From contig CM082598.2 of the NCBI GenBank assembly GCA_040954595.2, positions 5,533,097-5,597,096 on the forward strand: 64,000 nt of DNA. Reading direction: 5' to 3'. The notes beneath the pieces were generated by a model, which was not told the DNA's origin, made no database searches, and saw nothing but the letters and a program-made list of their open reading frames with translations. Both the position numbers and the translations under genes were made by a program. Position 1 is the first letter of the stretch; every line of letters begins with the position of its first letter. Below, one piece after another: positions 1-11,531 of the stretch. The stretch is from Balanoglossus misakiensis (Eukaryota > Animalia > Hemichordata).

Positions 1-667
1 AAAACAAAAGACAATTATAAGTGAAGATGGAGATTTTCTTGCCATTTTTCCCCATATGAATAGCTAATGTTCTTTTATGTATTGCGTGTTCTCAAAATTT
101 ATTTAACACTGTCAGGATTGGGCATCTTGCCTGGCATACTAGTAATTAAAAAGTGGTATTGAGTGGTCAGTCTGTTTTCCAGTTCAACCAATAAATAATT
201 TTGAATGTCTTGGCATGGCTTATATCAGCTGTGTTCTCCCCCGAGCAATTAAATCATGGTGGCCACCAGTCGTTAATTTTCAGAAGACAATAGAACATAA
301 TTAACATAACAATTGATTACAAAGTTATGCAAATTAGCCGTCATGCTTACCCAAAGCCTGGGGAGAACACTTTTACATCCAAAGTTTGAAATTCACTGAC
401 TGAGCTGCAGTGTGATAGTTTGAACTCCCTCAAGAATTCAGCCAATCTCACCACATTTCACTGGTTTGGGAATTACTTGTCATATATAGGCCCCACTGAA
501 CCACTACAGTTGACAGATTAATGGGCCTTTGTGGCAGGGCTGTGTACAGTGTATACACACAGACCTGCCATGCAGAGCTACCTGGGTGCCAGAAGTTCAG
601 GTTGCTTGTTAAGTGTTTTGTATAATTTTTGGTGCTTGTAAATGTACCCAATTTTTTTATTTATCTT

Positions 668-852
668 TTAAAGGTATACAGTCACCTCCAATTTACATAT
701 GCCATATATGGCTGAAATGGCGTATTTGGGCGTTCTAAAGAACATATGGTGGCGCTCTTTTTTTCGCGTGTGCCACCCACTGAAAATCTGTGATTGGCTA
801 GATCTTAAGTGGCTATAGTAACTGTAGCTAAATTTCCATAGGTGACCTTTAA
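668..852. mobile_element. MITE family C (T2/Kolobok-like, TTAA-AGG termini); related copies ~44521-44705, 46376-46568, 48240-48433, fragment ~38200-38249
   Basis: Termini ttaaaggtatacagtcacc...ggtgac(tgtata)cctttaa; internal sequence recurs at the listed positions in both orientations. Confidence 0.7.
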
Positions 853-1233
853 ATAAAAACTCACTGGACATAAACTTTTATATCCCTTTCTGTAGTGTGG
901 CATCTTAGCATGATAGAAAATTCTACAATTATTTACACACAGACACAGTCAAAGATAACGGGATGAACAAATTGTCAAAATGTTCAATTCTAAGTCAATG
1001 TTTCCTTCAATAATATTTTTAGAAATTCTAATGTAGGTTATAAAAGTTACAGGTATTTTGACAGAGGCTCACTTTGCAATGATGACAAATTTTGATATTT
1101 ATGACACACTAGAACACCTTAGCACCGGTATGTGCCAATTAAGATATGATTTATTTGTGTACACATACAATGTATGGCATGCAATTGATGACTTTGTGGG
1201 TGCAGCTAGCTTAGCATTTTGGATTTAGGTGAA

Positions 1234-1729
1234 TACTGTAAAACAGGTTATTTTTGCGACAGGAAATTTTCATGATATCAAAAAAGGCAACTGTTACGCG
1301 AGGATTAATTTTCGCGTTTTCGTATTTCATTACCTGCATCGTTATCTCCGAAAGCATTTTACGTGACTTTCTATTTTTCATGTTTTTTCTGGCTCTCATG
1401 ACTTTATCATTTTTGGACATTTTTCATGGGTTATAGCTCATGAATTTTTTTCATGGGTTATAGCTCATGATTTTTTTTTCATGGGTTATAGCTCATGAAT
1501 TTTTTTCATGGGTTATAGCTCATGAATTTTTTTCATGGGTTATAGCTCATGAATTTTTTTCATGGGTTATAGCTCATGAATTTTTTTTCATGGGTTATAG
1601 CTCATGAATTTTTTTTCATGGGTTATAGCTCATGAAAATTGATGGAAAACGAGAATTTCACGACTTTTCGTACTTTGGTGACTTTATGATCACTTTTTAT
1701 TGCTTTCAAAAATAACCCGTTTTACAGTA
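1234..1729. mobile_element. MITE family B (tactgtaaaac...gttttacagta, TA target; Tc1/mariner-like) carrying an internal tandem array
   Basis: TIR tactgtaaaac/gttttacagta; core aaaattaat..tcgcg shared with the other copies listed in the 3478 entry. Confidence 0.7.
1420..1636. repeat. Tandem minisatellite, 8 copies of ~27-29 bp (T)n-CATGGGTTATAGCTCATGA(A)
   Basis: Eight head-to-tail units that differ almost only in T-run length; no unique spacers. Confidence 0.95.
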
Positions 1730-1950
1730 ATTAATAGGTGTGGTAATGATGCCTGTACATATTTTGGATATCTGATGCATGGTTCTGTAGTGTAGGTGTG
1801 GAGCAACTGACCAAGGGTGGCATTTTATTATCCTCCTTGAGATGCACAGAGACCTGCTACAATCTCACCCTCAGGAAACAGAAAATTCCAATGAAATAAC
1901 CAGACTTAATAAAGGGGATATTCAAAATGATCATGCACAAGACATTAATT

Positions 1951-2307
1951 TTAAAGGGACAAAGTCTCTCTCTCACTGCCCTTTTTCCATTAATTATGTT
2001 TGATACAAGACACTGGTCATGTTATTCTACATGTGGATATAGTGAGTTAACGTTCGACCTCACACAACTACCATCCAGTTAGTATGATATTATCATAGCA
2101 AAAAATCTCCTAAAACGAATAAACGGTAGAGACCGATTATTCATTTTGACGAGTTTTTTCACTCTAGTGTCTACAAGCGGGATGGAAGTTGTGTGTGGTT
2201 GAACGTTGATTCACTATATATCCACATGTAGAATAACATGAACGGTGTCTTGTATCAAACATAATTAATTGGAAAAGGGCAGTGACAGAGAGACTTTGTC
2301 CCTTTAA
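1951..2307. mobile_element. MITE family A (~350 bp, near-fully palindromic, TTAA-AGGGAC termini; T2/Kolobok-like)
   Basis: ttaaagggacaaagtctctctc...gagagactttgtccctttaa; about 16 full or partial copies in the window. Confidence 0.85.
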
Positions 2308-2930
2308 GCAAAGCTTATAATTGGGCAAACAACTGATAAAAATTTGTTTTCAGCAAATTCACAAAATATCAACCTCCATACCAGCATACAATATAGGAAT
2401 TTCAGTTGTTTCTGTAAACATGACAAGCTGAAGACAAAACAGTGCCAAAAGCTAGCCTGTATGCTGTCAACAAAAAAACATGTTGATATCAGCCTACCAC
2501 ACGAATGCAGTGATGACTAGGTATTGTGGTATGCTAAATGTGCAGGACTTTGTACCCAAATTTGTTCACCACAAACCACATTCTTAAGGATATAAAATAA
2601 TTTTCTGGGTTCTGTTAGCATGATTTTGATGAATTTTAAATAGTTCACCTGTTTTTACATGTATTTGGATCGATTTCTACTATGGTGACATATGCTTGGA
2701 AAAGATACGCTCCCACCAGTTAGGAAAGTAAATGATTAAACTTTTTGTTTGAACATTTGTAACAATCTGTTGATATATGCTAGATTTCATCACAGCATTT
2801 TTCAAGGAGAGAAAGAATTTGGATTACTTACCCAGGGCAAGGCAAATGTTGATTCAGTGTTCAACTACTGTAATCAACCAGCAAGCACAAAATGATTATA
2901 CTTGATACCTAGTACCTAGGTGGCATTACA

Positions 2931-3122
2931 TACTGTAAAAAAAAATTTTTTTGTGACAGGAAATTTTGGCGATATCAAAACAGGCAACTGTTACGCGAGG
3001 ATTAATTTTCGCTTTCTATTATTTCTCTGCATTTTTACGCAACTTTTTATTTTCACATTTTTTTTGGCTCTCGCGCATTTCGCGAAAATTTATTGCTCGC
3101 GAAAATAACTCGTTTTACAGTA
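2931..3122. mobile_element. MITE family B copy
   Basis: tactgtaaaa...gttttacagta termini. Confidence 0.75.
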
Positions 3123-3477
3123 TCGCTGACAGCCATGTGAACTGCACTGTCCCAGGATATGTGTACTTGTACTCCGATAAACTGATAGCTTTCAGTGTAT
3201 GATGTAATAGTAATACCACTGTTGGTATAATACTGACGTGAGTACAATGTACAACAGTTGCATAATTGTTTCATGCTCTATGTTTAAGCTTGTAAGACCC
3301 CAAAGGTACATGTATACATGTAGTCCTCAAATGAATTAGTATTAACATAATAAAATAAATGTACATTGTACATGTACAATACATGTAATACTGGTTGCAT
3401 TTCTGACTCAAAGTATGAGGAATTTAAAACTATATTTGCAGACTCTAGGTGAAGTAGTTGTAATAGTGGCTGCGATG

Positions 3478-3688
3478 TACTGTAAACACTTTATTTTTGC
3501 CAGCAATAAATTTTCGCGAAATACGCGAGAGCCAAAATAGCATGAAAATGTAATAGTCGCGTAAATTGTTTTTGATAACGATGCAGTGAATGCAATAAGA
3601 GAGCGTGAAAATTAATACTCGCGAAACAGTGGCCTCTCTCTCGATATCGCGAAAATTTCAACTTGTGAAAATAAAGTGTTTTACAGTA
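3478..3688. mobile_element. MITE family B copy; others at ~18883 (part), 20240-20367 (part), 21550-21756, 34559-34770, 34773-34984, 35276-35444, 35758-35969, 37750-37935, 40324-40540, 44185-44395
   Basis: tactgtaaa(a)cactttatttt...aaaataaagtgttttacagta TIRs, near-identical interiors. Confidence 0.8.
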
Positions 3689-5531
3689 TCTCAAGGTGGC
3701 TGCAATCATTAAACCTATATAGTATATTTCTTCTCAGTATTTCAAACTCGCTTCTGCTGCACCTTACTGTACTAGACTACCCAGTGTTTCTCAGTAAGAC
3801 TATAGCACAGACAGTAGAGGAAAACTGTCTCTGACAAAACAGTTTTGCTGTTGACGTATGTTCAGTTACCAGTTATTTCTTTCATGTTTACAGAGTACAC
3901 TATTCTAGTTCTTATCAGTGTTTGCTTGTAATCAAACTACATGCATGTAATGCATTTGGCCATTGAACCCTGGCTGCAAGTTCACATGTATTAACATGTG
4001 CTGCTGCATATGACCATGGCAGTGTGTTCTATATATGGTTTGGATTAAAGGCATACCTTCTCATTAATAAGCGTTATCTATAAGTATAACTAGGATTAAT
4101 TTAATAAAGACTTCAACGAAAAAACAAAGACCTGTCACACAAACGTCCAATGTCAACAAGGATTTAAGCAAGAACCAGGGATTTACAAGTGCCCCTTTGA
4201 ATTGATTCCTGGCCATTGTTCAAATTTAGAGACATTCTGGATTGGGAGAAACACCCTGATTTTGGAGCCATCGGGCGCTTGGGACAGACTCCCCATAATT
4301 TTAAACGTTTAGACATAGCAGTTTTGAGCACTCATAGAAGATTATGCGCATTATGAAAAGTGTATTAGTGTGTTAAACATCAAAATCTAGGGTATGGTTA
4401 CCGTGGTTTTATATTTCATGGGTGTATTTTGCTGTTGATTTCTTCAACATTTGCACAATTGCCCATAGTATTTCTAATGGAAATCGCGTACTGTAATTTT
4501 GACAGTGGGAACTGTAAGCTTTGGCCGGGCAAGCTCATTACAAAACACCTGCACCTTTAGGTCAGGGTCACTACATTAATTGCATACAAGTGCACATTGT
4601 GCACCCTTGAATGGTTCGGATAATTCTTGAAAAATCACACAAACTCATCGACGATGACTACCATACAAAGGAGTACAATAACACAGAGCCATTTTTAGCA
4701 TGTCCCCAATATGGAGAGAGCAATCCTGATCAAGCCAGGAGACAGCCCTGCGTACAGGTCTGTGTGTTCCTGGCGTTACACGGTGGAGGCTATGCAATGC
4801 CGGGAACACACTGACCTGTACCTAGGGCCAGCCAAGAGAATGTACCGAAGTTTGAACAGTGTGCCCCTTGCTGCTGAGAGGGCCAGGGCCTGGCCTGAAG
4901 TTCACGTCCAGCTGAGTTCATCAGCTCAATGACCTCAGAGGAACCACGGCAATCTAGAACACATACACTGCAGATCATGATCACAAATGTAAAAGAATGC
5001 ATCTACCGGGTGAGCTGCCGCACTTTCAACGACTGAATTCGTATAAAATGTGACAGTAGATTAGTACTGCCATACTGGTACATGCAAAAGTTGTAGTAGG
5101 AGAATTTGATATGTGTGGCTCCAGAATTCATTTGTCGATAGGGTTTCTAAGCTAGCTTATATTTTCAACCAAAATAAGTGTAGTAAGCGCAATCGTTTCG
5201 ATAAACACACCTTGGTTAGGATCTTCTGCAGTGCAGTGCCTGGGTTCTTTTATAAAATGTCTTACAGTGGAATAAAGTGTACACACGACTGCACTGCAAC
5301 AATGCGTATTCGTTTCGCTTTGCTGCGGACGTCACTATTTTCAATTTAAATGTCCACTCACCGACCATATGCTCCTACACTGAATGCGGTTATATCTCAC
5401 TCTTCATCGGCACTTTTCTCTTAAGGTATCGGAGTTGAATCGAGGTTGAAAGTCAGACGTGAAAGCAATAGACAGGACAATAAAAGGGGCACTTAACATT
5501 CAATAAAATATAAAGGTGTAGTGATACGTAC

Positions 5532-5540
5532 TTCGTCCAT
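5532..5540 (-). other. Possible 9-nt first coding exon (Met-Asp-Glu) of a gene running off the left end of the window
   Basis: Minus strand aaaATGGACGAA|gtacgt; CpG-rich neighbourhood and ETS-like GCGGAAGTG at ~5720; no downstream coding exon identified. Confidence 0.25.
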
Positions 5541-5785
5541 TTTAACATGGAACTGTGGGAACGGTGCGGGGGTCATAGGTCAACTGCGGGTCAATGACTC
5601 GCGAACCGCTGTTATTCGCGTAAAAGGTGTGGTAGCTTTATCTACTACCCAGATGATTCAACGAAACAATTGAATCTCTTAATCAGGTATTCTTAAATAC
5701 ACAATTCATCTTGTTGGGAGCGGAAGTGACAAAGAAGTAGGTTGTTTATTAGAAATGTATTCCTCGCAATCTTCAACCCCACACC

Positions 5786-5910
5786 ATTCATTCATTCATT
5801 CATTCATTCATTCATTCATTCATACATTCAACCGACTAACCTACCAACCAACCAACTAACCAACCAACCAACCAATCAACCTATCCATCCATCCATCCAT
5901 CCATCCATCC
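5786..5910. repeat. Compound tetranucleotide microsatellite (TTCA)n-(CCAA)n-(CCAT)n
   Basis: Read directly from sequence. Confidence 0.9.
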
Positions 5911-6410
5911 ACGCTACTCGGAAAAAGTAGTACACACAACATTTACAGTACAGTCTGAATTTATTTATCATTCATAGTATATATGGAGGAAGATTTCATG
6001 CTCACAAAGAAAGACAAAAAAGCGCATTTCAAAACGAATGTTAATCAGCGATGATCACGCACATCTTCTGTTCTGCACGTCTTCAGTAATACAGGATTAA
6101 GCTGCTGTAAGGTATAACAAGAAATTAATAAAAGGAATTAATATACATTATATTATACCAGTATATTGATGGTGTACACACTTGTTTATTGGTCGACTGT
6201 GATATATTCGTCACATACCACAGTCATATATCACGCAAAACTCATAGTCAAAGAAAATGCCTTTTTACAATGTTTTATGCAAAGTTTCAATATACTGGTA
6301 TAATATAATTGCAATAAAACACCCCCAGCCATGGTATACCACTCGATTTTGACCAGTTCAACTCCATATACGCACTCACTATCGCTCGTGCGTATATGTC
6401 GTGAACTGGT

Positions 6411-6752
6411 CAAAGTCTCTCTCCAGCTGCCCCTTTTCCATTAATTATGTTTGATACAAGACACCATTTATGTTAATGTAAATGTGGATAATCTGATATA
6501 TAGTGAATCAATGATCAACCACACAAAACTTCCATCCCACTTGTATGATATGAGAGTAAAAACTCGCCCAAAATGAATAAATGGTAAAGAACTATTATTC
6601 ATTTTGGCGAGTTTTTTCACTCTCCTGTCTATAAGAGGGATAGAAGTTGTGAGTGGTTGAACGTTCATTCACTATATATATAACAGTGTCTTGTATCAAA
6701 TATTATAATAAATGGAAAAAAGGGCAGCGAGAGAGAGACTTTGTCCCTTTAA
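6411..6752. mobile_element. MITE family A copy (left end clipped)
   Basis: caaagtctctctc...gagagactttgtccctttaa. Confidence 0.8.
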
Positions 6753-7019
6753 GGGACTACCCAATGTGATTCTGTTCTTAGTGTACGCGCCACACTACAG
6801 ATGTAGTGGGCGTCCCTTCCGAACGGAACAGCCAAGAATCAGCAAAGCTAAAGACGGTGCCCATCACTACATTGGGGACTAGGCCTACCCAGATACAGGC
6901 AGTTATATGTACTTAGAATTTTGATGGTAACACACTGCAGTGTTGTAATGTGGCCATTTTCTGGAAATGTTCACAAAAGGCTTTTTGTAATTATATATAT
7001 TCTATATCATGTCTTACCT

Positions 7020-7406
7020 TAGTCTAGAATCTATCCGTTCGTAGTCGCATTCACCCTACTACCGTCTAGGAACGCAGAACCAAAATCTAGTAAGGCCATA
7101 AAAATGGTAATTTGAATGTGAATAGTCTCCAACTGAGCAATCTGACGTCAAGCGTCACCACGTGATCATGATTATGTATCATTCGGGGCGGAGCTACATT
7201 GTAAACATAATTAACATTCAACGTCATCATTCAACGGCCAATCAGTAGTCGGTCAACGTAAGTGATTGACTTCTCTGACGTCAGACTGCTCAGTTGGAGA
7301 CTATTCACATTCAAATTACCATTTTTATGGCCTTACTAGATTTTGGTTCTGCGTTCCTAGACGGTAGTAGGGTGAATGCGACTACGAACGGATAGATTCT
7401 AGACTA
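7020..7406. mobile_element. Foldback MITE with ~130-bp TIRs and a 9-bp TSD (Mutator/MULE-like)
   Basis: 7020-7150 is the near-perfect reverse complement of 7277-7406; flanked by the direct repeat GTCTTACCT at 7011-7019 and 7407-7415. Confidence 0.85.
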
Positions 7407-7418
7407 GTCTTACCTGTG

Positions 7419-8893
7419 TTATAAACGGTAACAGTACACATCATATGTGTCATCTGAAGGTCTGTATCCCCAATCCACGATCCCCACTTTGTGTCCACAG
7501 CCGGCGGGGAACACGGTTTGCATGGGGTAAGCAACTTGTTGATCAAGTAACCACCCAGCTCGACATTTTTCATAGCCCTTTCGCCAAGCAGCTTCCAAAT
7601 CCTCGTACGTTGCCAGACGGGCACCATTGGACACACAGGCTTTTGCTGCAGAGGCGTAGTCCAAGGTGTACCGTCCACCCACCCCTTCATGATGGAACAC
7701 GCGTAATTCTGAAGGGGGAAATCACAATTTATACAGGTTTGTACTTGTCTGCACCAAAAGTTGGTAAAGGGGGATGATACAAAAACAAGGCGCTGGTTTT
7801 ATTTTTAATTCGTCTTCGGTACATCATGTGTTATTTTCATTTAGCACCTAGGCCTAATTTGTTTACATCTTATTTTTCGCCTCGTACATCATATGATGTT
7901 TTCCCATTGTGAATTCCCCACTCCCCTTCGACACGTCAAAAAGGACAAACAAATCGAAAATATCACACATAATTCTTTAAAGGTTTGGGGTCGTCCCATT
8001 TGCAGCTATACGTCAGACTGTCATACGACACGTTGAATTTTCCGTCCCTATTGAACGCATCGCGGCATTGCCCCCACAAAACCGGTCTGTCGATATGGCA
8101 GGGGGAATAATATTCTGCTTCATGATTGTACTTTTAAATACTAATCTGCTATGCGATAAAGGATGAATTAATTTCATTTTATATGAAAATAGTTTTGATT
8201 AACGCCTTTTGTTAAATATATACATTCTATATGTCTTACCTGCTCGTAAACGGTAACAGTACACATCAAATCTTTGAGTTGGCTTTTTGTTTTTCCATTC
8301 CACAATCCCCACATTGTTTCCACAATCCTTGACCACTCTTTGCATGGGGTAAGCAACTCGTTTGTTCACTAACCACCCAGCTGCACATTTTTCAAGACCT
8401 TTCCGCCAAGCCTCTTCCAAATCTTCGTACGTTGCCAGACGGGAACCATTGGACACACAGGCGTTTGCTGCAGAAGCGAAGTCCAAGGTGTATCTTCCCC
8501 CCTCCCCTTCAAGATGATACACTCGCATTTCTGAAGGAGGAAATCACAATTTATACAGGTTTGTACTTGTCTTTACCAAAAGTGGGTATTTTTTATTCTC
8601 CTTCAGTACAATATGTGTTATTTTCATTTAAATACCTAATTTGGTACAAAAAACAAGTAAAGATTCTTCACTTTGTTTCGCCTCATTCATTACATGTTGT
8701 GTGCACATTGTGAATTCCCCACTCTCTATGCAGCGCGGAGCAAATATAGTTGTTACTGGTGCAGAATACATGTGATCGAATACATACCGATCCCGGCCTC
8801 TTCTAGAAGTTCTACTGCATCGCAGTATGAAGTAAGACAAAGCCCCAGCAGACAATATAACCATCCACGTCGAAAAAGTGAGTTCAGAGCCAT
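7419..8893 (-). CDS. Secreted protein of signal peptide + two Link (X-link) modules, ~228 aa; exons 8893-8788, 8530-8240, 7708-7419
   Basis: Exon 1 MALNSLFRRGWLYCLLGLCLTSYCDA-VEL looks like a signal peptide. Exons 2 and 3 carry the Link consensus (GRYTLDF..A..AC...G.RLATY..L..AW..G.E.C.AGWL....V.YPM....CG...GIV.W.....FDVYCY). All junctions are GT-AG in phase 1 and the joined frame is open. Confidence 0.85.
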
Positions 8894-9433
8894 TTCTTCA
8901 GCACAACTCTACTTAAATCACTGGTGATATTTCACACTAAACGTCATCATTTCTTGTGCTGATACCCAGAACTATGTTCATGAAAATGGCGACCTTAAAT
9001 GTAAACAAACATAACCCGATACACGGCCCACTTTCATGAGATTTGATATACCGGTAGTCAACATCGAAAGTCATGGGGTTCTGATGGCCACGGACATGTG
9101 TTATAAATAAAAGATTTATCTTGTGTGATTGATTTAGAAAAAAACACGATTGTTAGTTACACCTGTAAAAAATAGCGTCAAGGACACTGTGGTCCTATTT
9201 GAGGATTATGCAGAAATAGGGATACACCAGAATAAAAATTACAGGTGACATTCCAAGCAGATATGATTGAAAAAATATCGAATTGTAAAAATTAACAAGG
9301 AACATACCCAATAAACTCTCATGTGTCATGGCAGTCCGTACAAACACATATGACAAGCAACTTCTTTCAGTCAGCCCTGGAACAGACACACACACACACA
9401 CAGACAAATATGTTCACTGACCTGCCACTGGTA

Positions 9434-9676
9434 ATTAAAGGGAAGTGGTCGTCGCGCCGCATGGGTGTCCCCCTTGATGAGGATATGTCCTCCCATACCA
9501 GTGCAAACCTCAGTGCAGTCGCCACGACCTACTAGGATCTTCAGTTGGTGTCATGCCCAGTCTACGCTATGGTTGGCTGCTTCATTATTCTAAGAATGAT
9601 CTAATTTCAGGGATTTCTGGATGAATTGTACTGTTTATAAACAAACAAACACGGCGTGACGACCCCTTCACTTTAA
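9434..9676. mobile_element. MITE family E (TTAA-AG termini); related inverted copies 47315-47558 and 52391-52616
   Basis: ttaaagggaagtggtcgtcgcgccg...cggcgtgacgaccccttcactttaa; shared interior (ctaggatcttcagttg, ggctgcttc). Confidence 0.7.
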
Positions 9677-9779
9677 AAATTTAATAGCTGGTGGTCTCTG
9701 TAACAGCTGGCTTATTAAAGTTATGTAAACATGTCTAAGTTGGGGGTAACAACTCCTTGTAAACAGTAACTTTCAAAAC

Positions 9780-10790
9780 AACTGAAGAATTGGTTTAGAA
9801 GATTTGCTAACCAAAAACAAAGAAACTTACAAAAAACTCACTAAATATTGAATATTTCTGATATCAGAATTAAATAAAAGTTGCACATGTATGTGTTATG
9901 AAAATGTATCCTAAATTTAAAAGCATTCAGAGGAAAAACAAAATTTAAAAGCAGTTTAATTAAAAGAAAATATTTGTTCAAAAGTGGCAAAAATACAAAT
10001 ATCACCAAAATTGTACAATATCTTACTTCAATCACTATAAGGAACATGCCTGCCAAAGTTCAATGCAATGTGACACGCAGTTTGAGAGGAAACAATTTTT
10101 GACAAAAATTGGAAAAAAAATTCCCCAATAACACAATTATGCAAATTATATCATTTTTTTTAGCAACATCTTACTTGGGTTCCCCCTAGGAACATGCCTA
10201 CCAAATTGTAAAGCAATCTGGCATGCGGTTTTAGAGAAAAAAAAATTGGACCAAAAATTGCTCAAAATATGCAAATGTTGCAACAATTTGAACAAAACTA
10301 TGGTTACGCAGACAACCTATAGGAAGCTTCGTACTAAATTTCAAAGAAGTAAGCCCATCACTTTCAGAAATGAAGACTTTTTACCTTTAATATGGAAAAA
10401 TACAAAAAAATGCATAAAAAATAGAAAATCGATAATATTAGCTCAAAACATACAGGACTGTTTGAGGTAGACATAAGATACATGCATGCCAATTTTCAAA
10501 TCAATATGACCAGTGGTTGTTGAGTTTTTTGAGTTTTGACCAAATTTAGGTTTTTCCCAGCTACTTTGCATATTTTTCGTAATGACAAATTCGTTTGAAC
10601 AAAGTCCCATCTACAGCCCAGCATGTATCTACACATCAAATGTCGAGGTTATTCGCGCAGCGGTTTTCAAGTTTTTGATGTGGACGGACATCCATCCATC
10701 CATCCATCCGTACATCCATACATACAGACGCAACTGGTCCCATAAGGTCCCATGGTACATACACCAATGGAACCTAAAAATACCACCTCG
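9780..10790. mobile_element. Probable degenerate interspersed repeat ending in (CCAT)/(CATA) microsatellite; its 3' part recurs at ~46110-46255
   Basis: gcagcggttttcaagtttttgatgtggac..catccatacatacagacgcaac..aaggtcccatggta occurs at both ~10656-10760 and ~46141-46225; left boundary approximate. Confidence 0.45.
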
Positions 10791-11401
10791 CTCAGACAGC
10801 AGGAAGAGATGTCAAACATCCTCGCTCCATCTTCATCCAAACACGTCGAAAATCGCGGCATTTTCACGTGTGAAATCTGGTTCGATCAGTTCAAGTACGT
10901 GTCAGAAAATGAGCAGACTTTGAGACTCTTGAACTTTGAAATGAAAGGCCTCTGGCTTTATTTGCAATTTAACTAATTTCATACCGATTTTGAATCTCAT
11001 CGCGATGTTCATGACGTTCACTTGTTCATTGTTGTTGCACACCGCCAAAAAGTGTGTTCGATTCAAGTTCAATTTTCAAACGTTTTGCATGATGCAGAGC
11101 GGTCCTCGAACAATTTGCTATTCTAAAACATCTTTGACTTACCGATGATGTCGTTTCCTACCGTTATGTTTACATCTTAACAGTTATCCTCATACTTTTA
11201 CATAACCACTACGCTAGCGCTAAACTTTAAAATGGCGCGTCACGTCAACATCATCAGTCATGACTGAAGCCGATTTACAATGTTAATAAAATATCAATGC
11301 GCTAGGCGGAATAAAATAATTCATAAAAATTAAAATGTTCTCGTTTTATTTATTTTTTTCATTTTTCTTGTAAATTCCGAGGTTTGAGCATATGATAAAT
11401 C

Positions 11402-11531
11402 GGTTATCGCCCCATATCACCTCTTGTGGGTTGTGAGCCGCATCACACGAGTCGAAGACGAGTGTGATGCGGCTCACAACCCACACTCGCGGCAAATATG
11501 GCCCAACAAGAGGTGATATGGGGCGATAACC
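11402..11531. repeat. Nested palindromic (foldback) element
   Basis: Outer stem ggttatcgccccatatcacctcttg/caagaggtgatatggggcgataacc; inner stem gtgggttgtgagccgcatcacac/gtgtgatgcggctcacaacccac. Confidence 0.85.

Noticed and set aside
1420-1636. CRISPR-like array of palindromic ~28-bp repeats
   Set aside because: No unique spacers, no cas genes, eukaryotic context; it is a minisatellite inside a MITE
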